Below are positions 37,161 through 51,477 of a stretch of 64,000 nt of DNA, piece by piece (within the stretch, counting starts at the first letter, position 1; the number at the start of each line of letters is the position of its first letter). A model generated the notes under the pieces. It searched no databases and was not told where the DNA came from. It was given only the letters and a program-made list of their open reading frames with translations. The position numbers were made by a program, and so were the translations under genes. Source of the stretch: Tubiluchus corallicola (taxonomy: Eukaryota; Animalia; Priapulida); contig JAQGDQ010000147.1 of the NCBI GenBank assembly GCA_030141605.1, positions 248,001 through 312,000 of the forward strand, in the 5' to 3' direction.

Positions 37161-39009
37161 GTGGTCAGACACTTGGCGAGAAAACTTGCTACTTATTTGG
37201 TCATCATACCTTTTAACTTTTGACAATCTATTAAGTTTGTTAGCCAACAGTAAGCAGCTATAAGTTATGAAACTGACATGTACGTTTTATCAATTGTTGT
37301 AAGGAAGATCATTAATTATTTACAGTAGCATGCCTCAGCAGTTGTTGGTGTTAATATATATATAGTATATATATAATAATATAAATATATATATATTAAC
37401 CCATAGAATGCACCCTTATTAATTAAGTTATTATATGCTAGGAGTAAACATTGTTTATTATGCTTTAATGAATGTTTAACTTGTGGCATTGTACAGAATT
37501 ATTACTTTGTTAATAAAACAATGACAATGAAGGTGTAACTAAGATAAACTTGTGCACGAATGTGAAATTGCTGGGTAAATTTGCACGTGTGCTACAGAAA
37601 CAGTAAGTTTTAGTAAAACGATTTATTTAACTGCTATGTCCATAGAAAGAGAGTATATACGTATATTTAATGTGTACGTCATAGATACTTTGTTAAACTG
37701 TTAATTGTTTTAAATTTATGCGGTGAAAAGATGTTTCACTGTTTTGTTTTTATAGAAAGAATCGTCTGATTGAGTTTAAATGTACTCAGTGCCTATATAT
37801 GTATAGCGCCAAATGACGCTTGTTATAGGTTTTGTGAGTCTATAAGTCTCTTGCAAATAACGAATAAATTGTTCATTAGTAAACCAATTGTTGGTTAATG
37901 TTAATGTTGATATTCTAAGACCTATTGTGCTTTGTAGGTACTTTTGGTGATGATCAACAGTACTAAAGATTACTGTAATAATAAATTTGAATTATAATAA
38001 ACCAAAATGATATTTTTCATAAGCTATGCATTCGTGTTTTTACGTAGACAAAAATTTATTTGCTCAAAACTTGAGAAGAATCTGCTGATTAATAGTGTAA
38101 AAAGTCGAAAAGCGTAGAAAGGTCTACCAGAATTTTATGTTGGCCTGTGGTATGACCAAATCCGGCGTCAGCTTTTTAAGTTTTTTCACGATATTCACCT
38201 TTAACTTCATTTCTTACTGACGTTTATTGATGTCAGTGTACGGTAACGCATCAGACTGTCAAAATTTTAATATAGAAACCGTTCTTCTATTTACCTTGTT
38301 GAAGCTCTCCTTATATCATAGATTTAGAAGATGTGCGCTGCGCTAATTCTATGCCTTATATAGAATGACTTTTATCCAGATTACACTAATTTTGCAAGTT
38401 GTGTGATGCGACTCATTTAGATATTTTCGAGTTTGCGATGGCTATTTTCCTGAATGTCTCCACGTTTCTGTACTGTCTTTTTTGACTATTAATAGTTGAA
38501 TTATAGTCACTTGACAGTAGCGTACGAGTTTTCTTCATGGACTTCATTTTTACTGAAATGTTCAAGGCATAGTTTAATGATAGTTTTCTCTAATAGATGG
38601 AGACATCTAACCGAAATAAACTAGCAGATGCTGTTTAAATTTAACATGGTATGTGGCAATAATTTAAAATTGCTCGTCCTCGGAGGTTATTGCTGGTCTG
38701 GTAATTTTAAAGAGCTTATATTCGAGTGTCGTTGAGATCAATGTAACGTAGATTTTATTTGCTTACTTACTTTACTAGTTTGTTTTGTACTTTGCTTGTT
38801 GTTGACTTAATTCATTCGTTCACACATTTTGGTTAAATTTTATTTCGGCTGGCAATCTGTTCATATTCAAATTGAAGTTCAAATCGTTCTACTCAAACGC
38901 CTGTTTAAATTTAACTGTTGTAATTGCAATCAAAATTACCTAAAAGTAGTTAAAACAATAATAAGCAATAATTGTCAGTGTTTTTACAGTTACACACAAC
39001 AAACAATTA

Positions 39010-39464
39010 CCGTATTTTCCCGTGTATAAGAGACCCTTTTTTGCTCAGAATTTTCACTTTAAAAATAGGGGGTCTCTTATACATGGGAGTAAGTCTTTTC
39101 AATAAGATGCATAAATTCTGACACTAATGATTTTAAAGAAATAAGTGCTCTACAACTGTTTTGCGTGTGGCGTTCGACTATGAAGCGGTTGTAAGCAATA
39201 CAAGCATCGTGACACAGGCATTATCTCCTCGTTTTCTCTTTTCCTGTTACAGGTTTGCAGGTACGCACTTTAATATATACCAGTACTCTTTTTCTACAAC
39301 ACATTAACTGGTTTTATTTTGTTTTCAGTACCGCACTGAGTTGAAAAAAGTTGTACTTTACCCTCTAAAAATGTCCGTCTGAAAAAACTTTTTTCCAGAA
39401 TTTTTGCCTAAAAATTGAAGGGGTCTCTTATACACAAGGGTCTCTTATACACGGGAAAATACGG
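39010..39464. mobile_element. Tc1/mariner-type MITE
   Basis: TIRs CCGTATTTTCCCGTGTATAAGAGACCC / GGGTCTCTTATACACGGGAAAATACGG with TA TSD. Confidence 0.92.
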
Positions 39465-41699
39465 TATTAGAGATCGTTGCATTTATAGGTTATTGATCAT
39501 TGTACCGACTTGAAGACTCTCCGCGGCTTCAGTAACAAAAATTACATTTCTGAAGGCCGCTTATCTTAAAGCAAAACCGGATCCAATCTTAAACTGTAGG
39601 TCAAAACGATCTACTCTTTAAATATTGAATGGGAACACACTATTTTTTAAAGAATGATTTACGTGAAAGAATTATTACCTGACAAATACAATTTGGCATT
39701 CGCGCCACTAGCTCTTCACTGTTACATGCATTTCGCCATTCGCTAGTTAGACGGGCATTAGCGCCTGCATTTCGGAAACGCATTATGCAAAAACAGGTAC
39801 TGTACCTCTCAGTTCAGATGTGTTAGTTTCTGACGAACTACGCACGTTCGACAGCTCATGCGCGAGTATATGGCGGTAAATTTGAAATTTGAATTTTTAT
39901 TTTAAAACTTTTTTTAAAACATGCCTGGTTTTAGTACAGCACACTGAATATCTTACAGTAGCACTGTACTTCAATTTTCGCTTTCGCAAACGCGTACACA
40001 CGCTCGTAGAATATTTTTGCTGTTGAAAATTATGTTAGTTTGTGATGTCATCAATAGTTGGGCTCGCCCACCATTAATTAAATTTTTAATCTATTATTTA
40101 ATTATTAGAAACGCTTTTGCAATGTTAATCGTGTTAAGATGTATACTTTTTATCGGACTTGGAAATGAGGTAGTATGTGAAAAATCATCCTGTCTTCCTT
40201 TAAACGCGATGTTTGCTGACACTAATGCAGTTACTAACAATTATCCGACCAGATCAATGTGCATTACAAACCATTTCTGTAAATATAAAATAAGCACTAA
40301 TAAAACTTTTTTCACTCTACATCTGAACTAAATTAGCCTCCGAAATTGGTCCATAAGCAGTTTGATATGGCTTCGTTAGCTTGTTTTATTAAGTATTGTA
40401 CAGAACGTTTTTACAGCAGTACACTGGTTCATTTTGAAAAAAATGGTGTAATTTCAATCTTTTGAATGTAAGGTATTTGTTATTAATTTTATGTGCTCTG
40501 CGTCTGGTGATACGTTTTATTCATAATAGCAACTCCATAAACTTCTAGCGTTATTAACCGTTTAGTTCTCATGTACTGTATAATTATTTTAAATACCTAT
40601 CTCAGTATGAATTGAAATTTACAAAAAAGAAATGTTGGCCTCTTATCTACATTTAGATCTCCATTCATTTAAATAGGTCTATTGTTAGAAAAAGTTGTGA
40701 AAAAAACGTGTCTGTTTTCTTACTTCATGCAATTTGATTAGATAGAACAAGAAATATCTTAATTCCACTTTCATTTTCCCGACTCCTCCTTGCGAAAAAA
40801 AAACATGCGTGTATTCAATCACAATGACGCGTGATTTTTTGCTAGTGCACGCGCGGGTTTCTCGAGATTTGACTAGACAAAAAGCACGCGTTTGTCTGTT
40901 TGTACAAAATCTATCTGTACACTGTAATATAATTAGGCATGATATTTCAATCCTCAAAAACATAAATTGCATTAACCCGTATCGAAATCCAAAGGCAAAT
41001 GTTATTTGGTGATGCCAGTTCGTACGAAAAGGTTAAGGGCCTATTTACACGGTGCGTCCTTGACATGCGTGCTGAATGTATGAGTTTTTCGCATGAGTCA
41101 TAAAATCGCATCGCACGTACAGTTTACAAGATGAGTTTTGGACGTGCGCAAAATGTCGCCACCGTGATTTAGTTATTCGAACTTCATACAATTTACGTTT
41201 GGCGGAAGTCCGATCCTAGGGAAGTATCAATTTTCTGAGATAATGCCGCCAGAGGTGGTGGTGAAGGGATGACTGCAACTTGAATAAAATGACACTAGGA
41301 GTATAATTGTGTCTATCATTCTGAAAGCTCCTTCGATATCTGGTTGAAAGAAAAGAAGTTGAAATGTTACGGTACAACAAATGTTTTCATTGTACTCGCG
41401 CGGGTTCACAATGCACTGTTCACTGCAATAACTCAATTTTGATCTCCAGTTTCTGGGTTTCACTGAAGCTCCTGACAGTTGTTAACAAAGACAGTGAGAC
41501 CGATTTGTTTTCATTCATTTTTTTTCTTTCTAGTCTTTTTTAATATGTTCAATACTATAGTGCCTGTTCATTAGACACTGTTTTCGTCTTGCCTTTAACT
41601 ATTGCGTTTGGTTAAAATTGGCTGATTAAAAATTGAATGTCACCTCTGTTATAAAGGCGCTTTGGGCACCAAAATCCGATTGAATGTCACTTCGCTAGG

Positions 41700-42260
41700 G
41701 CACAATTCGCCAGTGCATCTTTTCGCCAGTACATTATTTCGCCAGTCCACCTTTTCGCCAGTCTATCTTTTCGCCAGGCTATTATTTCGCTGGTCCATCT
41801 GTTTGCCAGTATATATATTTTCGCCAGTCTATCATTTCACCAGTCTATCATTTTGCCATTTTATAATAGAAATAGTGGAATAAGTATTTAAATAGTAGTG
41901 CACTTTATTACAGAGTGCTTCGCCAGTTTATCTTTTTGCGAGTTGATATCAGAAATAGTGCAACACATAAGATTGTTTATTATACTGTAAGAGTGCATCG
42001 CGTGTTTATCTTTTCGCGAGTTGATATTAGAAATAGTATAACATATAGGATTGTTCATTATACTGTTAATTGGAAGACTTTTAGTTGTAATTAAGGGATT
42101 GTTTATCACTTCGCCAGTGCATCATTTCGCCAGTCTATTTTTTCGCCAGTACATCATTTCGCTAGTGTATCATTTCGCAAATGGATATTAGAAATAATGC
42201 ATGCATATTTACATAGTGGCACTCTTCGAATTGCCAGTGCATCATTTTACCAGGGTATCG
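41700..42260. repeat. 16-18-bp tandem arrays (ttcgccagtNNatcNt), probably transposon subterminal repeats
   Basis: Roughly ten adjacent units at 41706-41860 and further units at 42110-42255. Confidence 0.75.
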
Positions 42261-42569
42261 TTTCATCGTATACGAGTGTATCGGCCAGGTAATATTAGAA
42301 ATAGTACAATACACATTTAAATTGATCTATATATGATGGCGATATATTAGTTAATTGCTTAGGCAAATTTTTAATTATCTACGTCGATCCTATACTTAAT
42401 ATATGGGACAGCATGGTTTCTTTTAAATCCTTTGTGAACGGAAGCCAAAAATCGTACAGAGACGTTCCATACATCACTGGATTAACCGTGAAATATGCCG
42501 TGTAAAAATTGCAAGCCGGTTTTCGTTTAGCCAGAAAACGGCGATATGTAGGGTTGTGCATACCCAAAA

Positions 42570-43472
42570 TCCAGGCACTCAGAATCTGGTGTTCTTTTCG
42601 CTCTACACCGCTTGGTTTCCGAGATACAGTTTTTTAGTAGCTCAAAAATTAAAAATCCCTACTTGACCGAATTTGGTATAGGAATAATAGAGGCCAGGGG
42701 CCACCGGAACCTTCGACCACATGTCCTTAGTGCCAAGCCGTCCAAGTGAGTCCAAAAACGTCATATTAAGATTTTCTATGGCGCTTTCTTGATGTCGTGG
42801 CTTACGAGCTTTTTCAAAAAGACAGAAGTTTCTGATAGAGAAGGATATGCTCTTTTAAAAGCCATGCTTGGTTTTTGTCCAAAAGGCTTCACTTTTTCTA
42901 TATAGCGCGATAAATTTTGCTAATTTTGAAGACTCCCTAGAACCGTAAGTTTGGAAGCTTATATCTCCCCACGTGAGCCATCCTAAGACGCGTGACCAAA
43001 AAATAAGATTTATCAGTTTCTGGCCTAAAAGGCCACGGGGCTATTAGGTCCAGTGGTAAAGAGTTGGCGTTTTTCAAGACCTTAAACGTGTGGCTTTATC
43101 TTCTAGGATCTTCGTAGTGAGGGTTTTGTTTTCGCAATTGACAGATAATGCAGGAGATGCATCTTGCCTATCCACTGGCCAAATTTCGTCTTCATAAGTT
43201 TCACGGTTCTTGGATTATCGCCAAAAAATGCCTAAGATGGCCCTGCCTTCTTCTTCTAGGGAAATGACATGGTGAGGCTTTTGCTACTTTTGATGCCGAA
43301 AAATGCAGGCTAATGACCGCTAGTTAATGGTCAGCGATGTCCACCGTACTAGCTATTTACTAGTCAAATTTCGCTTTTGTAAAATCTACGGTTCTTGGAT
43401 TACTGTTTTTTTGTATCCAAAAGAACACCCAACATGACAGCGTCCATGAAACACACACACATATATATATAT
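42570..43472 (+). mobile_element. Helentron/DINE-like non-autonomous element
   Basis: Internal duplicated block (ccaaatttcg...cacggttcttggatta at ~43180 and ~43365) and a (CA)n(TA)n terminus. Boundaries are approximate. Confidence 0.4.
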
Positions 43473-46019
43473 AACTTTGTGTTTTTACCGTGATCGTCTA
43501 CTTTGTATTATTATTATCACTTTGTTTTAATTTGCACTGTTTTTGTTGTAGTATTTTATTTCACTTTTCAACTGCCTTGTTAACTTACTTATATATATAT
43601 ATTATATTATATATTACTTATTATATATATATAAAGTAATACGCCTAGCATTCACGGACATATGGAAACAGTCAATGCGTATCACGGATTACGGATCACG
43701 CATTGTGCATTGGGTGCACCTAGCTTAAAGACGTTTTCGAAACCAAAAGCAAAAGTACGTGGTATCTGAATGATGATTCCATGGCGCCCGAAGTTTTTTA
43801 TCCAATCGTATTTGAAGAAGAACGACGTCAGCTCAAAAAAGACGCGTGTTTTTTAAAAAAACGTGTGTTGCTTTTGTCCAACCAAGTTGCAAAAAAAATG
43901 ATGCATCGCTGTAAAGAAGCACAAATCATTAGTTAAAGGACGGTAATAGTAAATGTGAGTGGAGTTCTGAAATGACGCATGTAGTTATTTTAATACATAT
44001 TGAGTCGCAGGCGTAAATGGCACTAGTACCCTACTATAAACTAGATGTCTGTGTTTGCAGGCCAGTTACGCAACAACGTAAACTTTCTATAATACAGCTT
44101 ATGCAGCAAAATAGCATGTACTCTGTGAGAAATGCAATGCTTAAAAGTACGTAGTATGCCGACACATATTATGAATAATATTAATTTTAGCTACTTCAAG
44201 TACAAAAATGTAAAAATATCAAAAACTTGTTAGCGTTTTCTTGTTAAATCAAATTATAATCTTTAATGGTAGAATTAATTATCAAGACAACACAGGTTCA
44301 TCATTTTCAAAATTTAATAAAAAGAGTTGGCCTTTCTATAAAACACGGACTGAGATCAAACACAGAGAGCACACGTAAACTCAGTGACTCATAGACATAC
44401 TCCCACCTGAGCCCAACGACCTTTCATCCATTAGGAGCATTACTGGTTCGCATTATTAACTTGTATCGTCGCTAATTCAACTTCTCCACTCAGTAACACG
44501 ACGCCCTTCAAATTAAGCTATCGTGTGCTATTTGATAAGCAGTTCATTAGGGAGGCTGATTAAAGATTTGCCGGCTTATTAGGAGGGATAACACGATAAG
44601 GAAAGCCAGGCTGGAGGCTAGGTGGCTTCAAGCATCATTGCGTGTGGTTTCTGGATCACAAAAATAGTAATAATCAATTTGCATGTGGCTGATTATTACA
44701 CTTGCGGGTCGTGTAACACAGCACAGCTATTTACAGCACAAATATGCCCTTAGGGTCCAAAACTGTTGAGGGAAACAGCAGCTACACTAGTTGTTATAAG
44801 AGATCTCAGAATATCTGTGCAGGTAATCACACAATAATTGCACCGTTTGCCGTTAAGTCGAAAACGAATGCTGCATCATCGTTTGAAATGTAGCACGCAA
44901 CAGGAAAGATAACAATACGTGGACGTTTTTATTTGTACACGTAGCAGGACCAGCACAGCGAACGTTGTTTTAGTGACCAAAGAGGCGGAAACAATTTGGC
45001 AGATGAAATCGCCAGAAAGCATTTCTTACGGGGTCACCTATGATAACTTCTGGCACCATTTTTGACACTCTGTGGTGTTTTATATAAAAGATTAAATAGA
45101 TTTGACAGGAATGTGAAATAAGTGTTATTCATCATGTTTGGATAAAAATAAAAAAAGAAATATTATGAAAACTTTTCACACTAATCTCTCAAGGCAGTGT
45201 TTTTGTCCAAAATTTCTCAAGGGTCCAAGTAGCTTGTTTAAAACCGGCGTTACTTCTGTGCCATTATCATTTGCGCTTAGAAATAACGAGGATGAACAGA
45301 TGGACAAACAAACGTCATATCGTTTTTATAAAGACGTGCAAAAATTATTTAATAGGAATTTCAAAAATCTCTATAAATAACTCTATATCTATTTTAATAA
45401 CTCTATAAATCGCTACTACACATCATACATACAACGAAATTCATTTAACCCCAGCCCAGGTGTAAGGGGAGGAAAGGATAGTTATCAAAGAAGAATTCCA
45501 TAGTCACTGCAGCTATACCAATTAGTATCATCGGGTCGTAGTACCGTGGGTCCAGTCATCCAGTAACATGCATCCAAAAAAAGAACCACACCGAAAACGT
45601 TTGCTCAAGCATTGCAGACTCCACCAAACTAGAGGGCTAGCCAGAAATAGGATCCCGTTTTTCCAAAAAGTCTACGTCCGTTCCTATATCATAGGAGACA
45701 ACGAAATGAAAGTGAGAAAATATCCTCGTTATCACACTTCGGCGGCAACCTCCTTAGCATTTCCACACTCCAACGGAAACTGGTAAATCTGGATGTCTGC
45801 ATTGCTGCAACTCCACTAATAACTGTCGTGGGCTGAACGTCCTGACAAGACGACGTAGAAATAGGCATAGACATTGACAAGCGAGCAAATATCCTCGTTC
45901 TCACACTTCGGCGGCAACTTCCTTAGGTTAGCTCTGCTAATTTTACCGTGTAATTATAATTATGAAGTCGGATAAGAAAATCAACCGTTCACATAAATCT
46001 ATAGGGGAAGAAATTAAAC

Positions 46020-46565
46020 TTGAAAGCAAAGTAACTAAATAGACTATGCAACAAGGAAGCATTATGATAAAATGAAAAATATGCAATGATGATCAACCGA
46101 ACATGTAAAGCATAAACAAACTATAACATCAAGTCAAACCAAAAGAAAATAAAACTTAAATAAAAAGTCAGCAAAAGAAACAAAATATGCATGATAAAAT
46201 GAAACTAAATATAATGAAATGAAAATGTGCAATAGTATTCAATCATATTATGTCTGTTAGGCATAATGCCGAAAGGACTATGGAACAAAGGATTTAATAC
46301 AGGGAAGCAGAAATGGAGTAAACAAAATATGCAATGAAATATGAATATGTATATGACTAAATATGAAATAGAAAATAAGACTTAATGAGAAATATGATAA
46401 AACTTTATGATAATTTTAAACGATGAGCAAAATAATATAATAAAATAAATATATGTAGTGAGAAAAACATAATATGCAAGCAAAAACAAAAGTAGAGCAG
46501 ACAAAATGATAAAATCTATGTTTGGAAATAAAGTGTTGTAATTGCTAGCCTCATTTGAAAATTAT
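46020..46565 (-). mobile_element. LINE 3'-UTR fragment (same family as 23700-24780)
   Basis: Colinear similarity, e.g. tgaaagcaaa..aactaa...aagtcaaacc...gagcaaaataat...gagcag.ca. Confidence 0.6.
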
Positions 46566-49339
46566 GTAAGACCATTATAATTATAATTCGGCCGATGAAC
46601 GTACAAGATGAAGTTTTCCGGCTACTAGTTAAACTGTCAAGGAACCATCTGGTCTCCTCTCAAAGGAAATAGGTAACAATGAGAAGACAAAAGCTACTTT
46701 GTTTGAGGCAGCATTAAATAACAAACTTATCCATAATATCTCAACTTGCTGCAAAAACGTGTTACTTCAAATGCAGCTGAAACCCGTGATGGGGCAACAA
46801 GGAAAATCACGATTCAGTGCTTTTTAGAGGCGCGAAGCACGGGAAGGGGAGTGGTGTTAAAGGATAGGCAGGAATCCAACTTAAACATAGAATAGAAGTT
46901 AATATTTTATTATGATAAAAATTAAAATGAGTACAAAATGAACTGCAGCATAATTTTATTTCGGACGAAGATGTCTGTAACGTCACATCACCCAGCTGTT
47001 CAATAACAAGGCTTCGCGCTGTTTAACTTTCGTAGCAAACGGTGTATCATGACTTTCAGCTGTGGTTTTCCAGCAAACATAAGAACATAAACATTAATGC
47101 CACGCCATGCAGCGGCAAATCACAACATCATGGAAATTTTCATTTATCCCACTCAATTCTATATCCGCTTGTTGAAAGTTTGATTTTTTCCCTTTCCGTT
47201 TTTGCGCAAATTTAAATTAAAGCAAATTCGTACTTCAACGAAACGCGACTTGCCTGCGGCTTGGGAAATTTCTGAAAGACAAATGCCACTATATTCAGTA
47301 ATGATAGCATATCTGAAAGTTACATAATGATTTCTTCTTTGCTCCTGGCACGCTGCTTGATCGTTGCGCTGCTCTTCTGAATCTAGATGATTTTTCCAAT
47401 AATATTCGGTAGTGGCGTAGACACCCGCACGCAAGTTTGCCTATTTAAAAAAAAGAGGCTGTAGTTGAGACTGTCACGGAACGACTGAATGTACATTGTC
47501 GCCAGTTCTCCAGTTTGAGCAAGGTTACTAACCACTCCTCATAAAGCTGATATGACTTAAGAATCAGACTGTAGTTTGGAAAGCTGTTCCACTGAGGCTG
47601 GTTACGGCGGCAGCGGTGCTGGTTTTCCCTCTATTTGAGTATTTCCCCTATTTTTCCCCACTAAGTCTTGCGCCTATATATAAATATAGAACAAAAATAT
47701 AGTTAAAGGTTTACCGTTTTTAATTTACTGATTGTTGTGCGCAGTCAGCCACAGATTTGTTTCTCCAGCTCTCCAAACTGCTGGATAATAAAATTTTCCC
47801 AGGATTAGGTGTTTGATTGCCTTGCGAGTTTTTGTCAAACGTGTTTTACGAATCGTGATCCGGATACGTATTGCAATTAAGCGGGTTCTAATAACTGCCT
47901 GTGGAAATTTCGTTGTGTCGGACGCACACGGTTCAATGAAGCTTAACAGTTATTATCGTACCTGGCTTCAATTTCACGCTTCACTTTTTTGTCTGTATTC
48001 TTCTGTTTTTGGTGCACAATAAGAGAAATTTGATTCATTATACTGTTTTTTAGTGTATTTCTCTCTTAATACGTTTTGTTTTTTCTCCTTATTCTTTTGT
48101 TTTTTCCTTTATTTGTTCATTCATTTATTCGTTTGTTCGTTCGTTCATTCATTCAATCGTTTACCCAGTTATTATTATTCATTTGTTTTTTCTTTGTTTT
48201 TTGCATCTCTCGATCTGTTTTTTTTGGTTCCTTGTTTTCTTCATTTTTCTTCCTCCTTGCACATTCTTTTGTTGTCTTCTTTTTACTACTTCTTTCTTCC
48301 TGTCTTCTTTGTTTGTTTTACTGCGTCTGTTCCCCATTATTTTATTCCTTTCCGCTTTCTTTCCTTTCTGTCACCGTTCCCCATTTTCATTATTTTTCGA
48401 ATACATGTGTATAATATTTCATGAAACTACACAATGATAATAAAGATTTACTGTAGTAATTTAATGACGCATCTCATGTAAAAGGTAAGAAAGAAATCAA
48501 GCTGAACTTGAACCTAATAACATGAGCAGCTATCGTGCTTGAGTAAATACTGCAGTGTGGTACATCAACTCACTTATAAACTAATCAATGGCTTTCATGT
48601 TAAGAAACGGTAGCAGCACAGTGCGTTAACCCATTCGTAAATATTTGAGATGGCATATAGCTAGTCTGAATATATGTAACGTTGTGGCTAGCAGATAAGG
48701 GGTGGTTGTCACAATAGCAAACCAGAAGATCATTAAATTTTGCATGAAGAAAAGCGTTCTGAAGTTTTGTGAAAGAAAATTTTTCTGATTAATTTGCAAG
48801 CGATAGGAAGTAAGTTCTATTTGTCGATGTTCTACTTTAAGCAAGCGAATTTGAAGTTAACGGGAAATATTTTTTTGGGAAAGTATACAACACGCAGGTA
48901 CCAGGCTAGTGAAAAAAGGATTTTAAGCAGTTGCTGTGAATCGAAGAATGTACAGAAGAAACAGCAGCAGTGCCAGGCTTCTGATCAAATTTATTTAAGA
49001 ACCAATGAAGAGAACATTTTAGTAAAACTACTAAAAAGAGGTTTAATATAGTGATGGACCTTCGATGATCAAAGCGCCAACTCAGACCTGATCACATTGA
49101 TAATAGCTTTTTATATTTGCGATTTGTTAGGTGAGACAAGTTGAGGTACCAACTCAAATGGCTGCGTTACATCATGAAAGGTCGGATAATCGATTCATAA
49201 AGATATTTCCGAGTCTGATATAGACATCTCGCTTTTCAGTGTTTTTTTAACCACTTTCGTTTTTCGTCTAAGATCGGAACGCAAGTTAAGACCAAATAAA
49301 CGACCAGAAAGAGAGAAACAAAAGTTAGATCAAACCCAA

Positions 49340-51215
49340 TTCAAAATCCTTGTCAACTTGTACAAATATATCATGGAAAATTACTTAATTTTTGATTATC
49401 GGTTTGGTTTTCGAACAAAGCTTTCATCTGTAAAAGTTTTGCGTGAATTTACTGATCATATTTATAGTGATATTGATAATGGAGTGGTCACTGTGCTGTG
49501 TTTTTAGAACAAAATATTCGGCATTGCCAATTTAAACCTATTTCAAAAAACTTGTTGAAATAGGTCTCTCTAAACAAGCATATGCTTTGTTTTCTTTGTA
49601 TCTGTCTATTAGAAAACAGTGTGTTGTTAAAAATGGTGACGTTTCTGATATACTTTATGTTAATAATGGACTTGCACAAGGATCACTTGCAGGTCCGTTG
49701 CTTTTTGTACTGTATGTCACTGAGTTACCCAAAATGTGTTCCAGAATGAATTGTCTCATGTATGCTGATAATACAGTCTTATTTGTTAGTAGTAAATCAC
49801 TCTATGAAGCTAACAGAGTTTTGAATTTGTGTTCAGTCAATCATTGCACGAAGTTAACTCTAGCTTTTTTAATTCTGAACTTGCTTCCGTTCAACAGTAG
49901 CTAAGTGTTAATCATTTATCTCTTAACACAAGTAAAACAAAATTAATGTTATTTACGTCTCGAGAGAAATTGGTTGGTAGGACATAAGCCTAATTGTAAG
50001 CTGCAATGTGTTCCTGGAGCAAAAAATATTTAGTTAGACTCCAATCTAAATTTCAGTGATCATATTGAACATATAATCAAAAAGCTGGCATGCACACTAG
50101 CTTTTTTCAATGGAATTTGACCGTGTTTAACCCGAGAAATTGCCATTTCTGTCTGTAATGATCTAATACCTCATTTCCATCACGCCGATGCGCTTTATCA
50201 CAAGGCTGGCACAAAGCTGTGGGAATTGTGCATATGAAGTACGTGAAATGCAAAATCCTTAAATTGCGTGCCTTTAACAACTAAACGTACAATTAAATTT
50301 TCTATACTAATGCATAAAATAAGTTTCAATGAACGTTATACTCATGCTGATATTTACTAATAGATCATAGGGGTGAGCATCGAACGTTCGAGTTCGAACG
50401 TTCGAATCGAATTCGAACGCTCGAATTCGATTCGAACGAGTTTTTTCAGTTCGAACTCGATTCGAATAATTCAGCACTTCAGTCACATAATGTTCCTGAT
50501 CATTAAAAAGATTGAAACATCATGCAATTAGTGTAATTTAGCTAAGATTTCTGCACACAATTTTAAAGAAATTACTAGTCGTTTTATTGCAGAACAAAAT
50601 TGAGTGATATTTATGATCTTTGTAAGACTAATTTTTACTGGTGGTTCGAAAACTTGTTCGAAAATCTTTCAATCTCAATTCGAATTCGATTCGAATTCGA
50701 AACATTGAAGTTCGGTTCGATTCGAATTCGAAAGTCACAAATTCGGTTCGATTCGAATTCGCTTTCTGGTAGAGAATGCTCACCCCTAATAGATCATGAA
50801 TATAGCAATAGATTAAAACACAGATGCGAACTATAATAAGTTACCGTTACTTAGAACTAACGTTGGCCAATCATATTTAGTTTACACGGGGACGAGAATC
50901 ATCTACCTGTTCTTCTGCGTCAAAGCGTTTAAAAATGAAGTCAGAAAACAATTTCAAGAAGGATTTTTCTTTTAAACCTTGAAGTGTATTTAATGGAGTA
51001 GTATAATTGAAGTATAACCTTGAAGTATAATTTAACAGAACTGTGTTAAGAGTATGCAAAATAATTAAATTTAAGAGTTTAAGCTGGGAAGTTATGTTTG
51101 CTTGTTTGTTGTAGTATCTAATCGATGACTATTGTTGTGTGCTGCTTCTTAGTACAGGACCCTCTTGTAAACGAGCACTGTGCTCCACAGGGTTTATACA
51201 GTTTAAAGATTTTGC

Positions 51216-51216
<1 letters not shown>
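49340..51216 (+). mobile_element. Decayed L2/CR1-group LINE (RT to 3' end)
   Basis: Motifs FGFRTKLS, GLAQGSLAGPLLFVLYV, MYADNTVL, LNTSKTKLMLF and SNLNFSDHIEHI. The L2-like 3' end (caggaccctcttgtaaacgag...gggttt) runs into (AAT)n. Confidence 0.75.
50368..50788. mobile_element. hAT MITE, TTCGAA-rich family (intact copy 3)
   Basis: Perfect TIR TAGGGGTGAGCAT/ATGCTCACCCCTA and a perfect 8-bp TSD atagatca. Confidence 0.92.
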
Positions 51217-51472
<256 letters not shown>

Positions 51473-51477
51473 AAGTC

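Noticed and set aside
39828-39860. Hammerhead ribozyme core (ctgacga...)
   Set aside because: No GAAA and no stems I or III.
41700-41860. CRISPR-like array
   Set aside because: Units are directly adjacent with no unique spacers, there are no cas genes, and the context is eukaryotic.
46950-47450. Possible Academ-like transposase remnant on the minus strand
   Set aside because: Only a vague CxxC/H..C..Y resemblance with many stops; cannot be supported without a BLASTx search.
48053-48437. Three overlapping Phe/Leu-rich ORFs resembling membrane proteins
   Set aside because: Low-complexity T-rich DNA lacking stops in all frames; no family motif.
50380-50470. Heat-shock element array
   Set aside because: TTCGAA units mostly lack the 2-bp spacing of nGAAnnTTCn; explained as MITE subterminal repeats.
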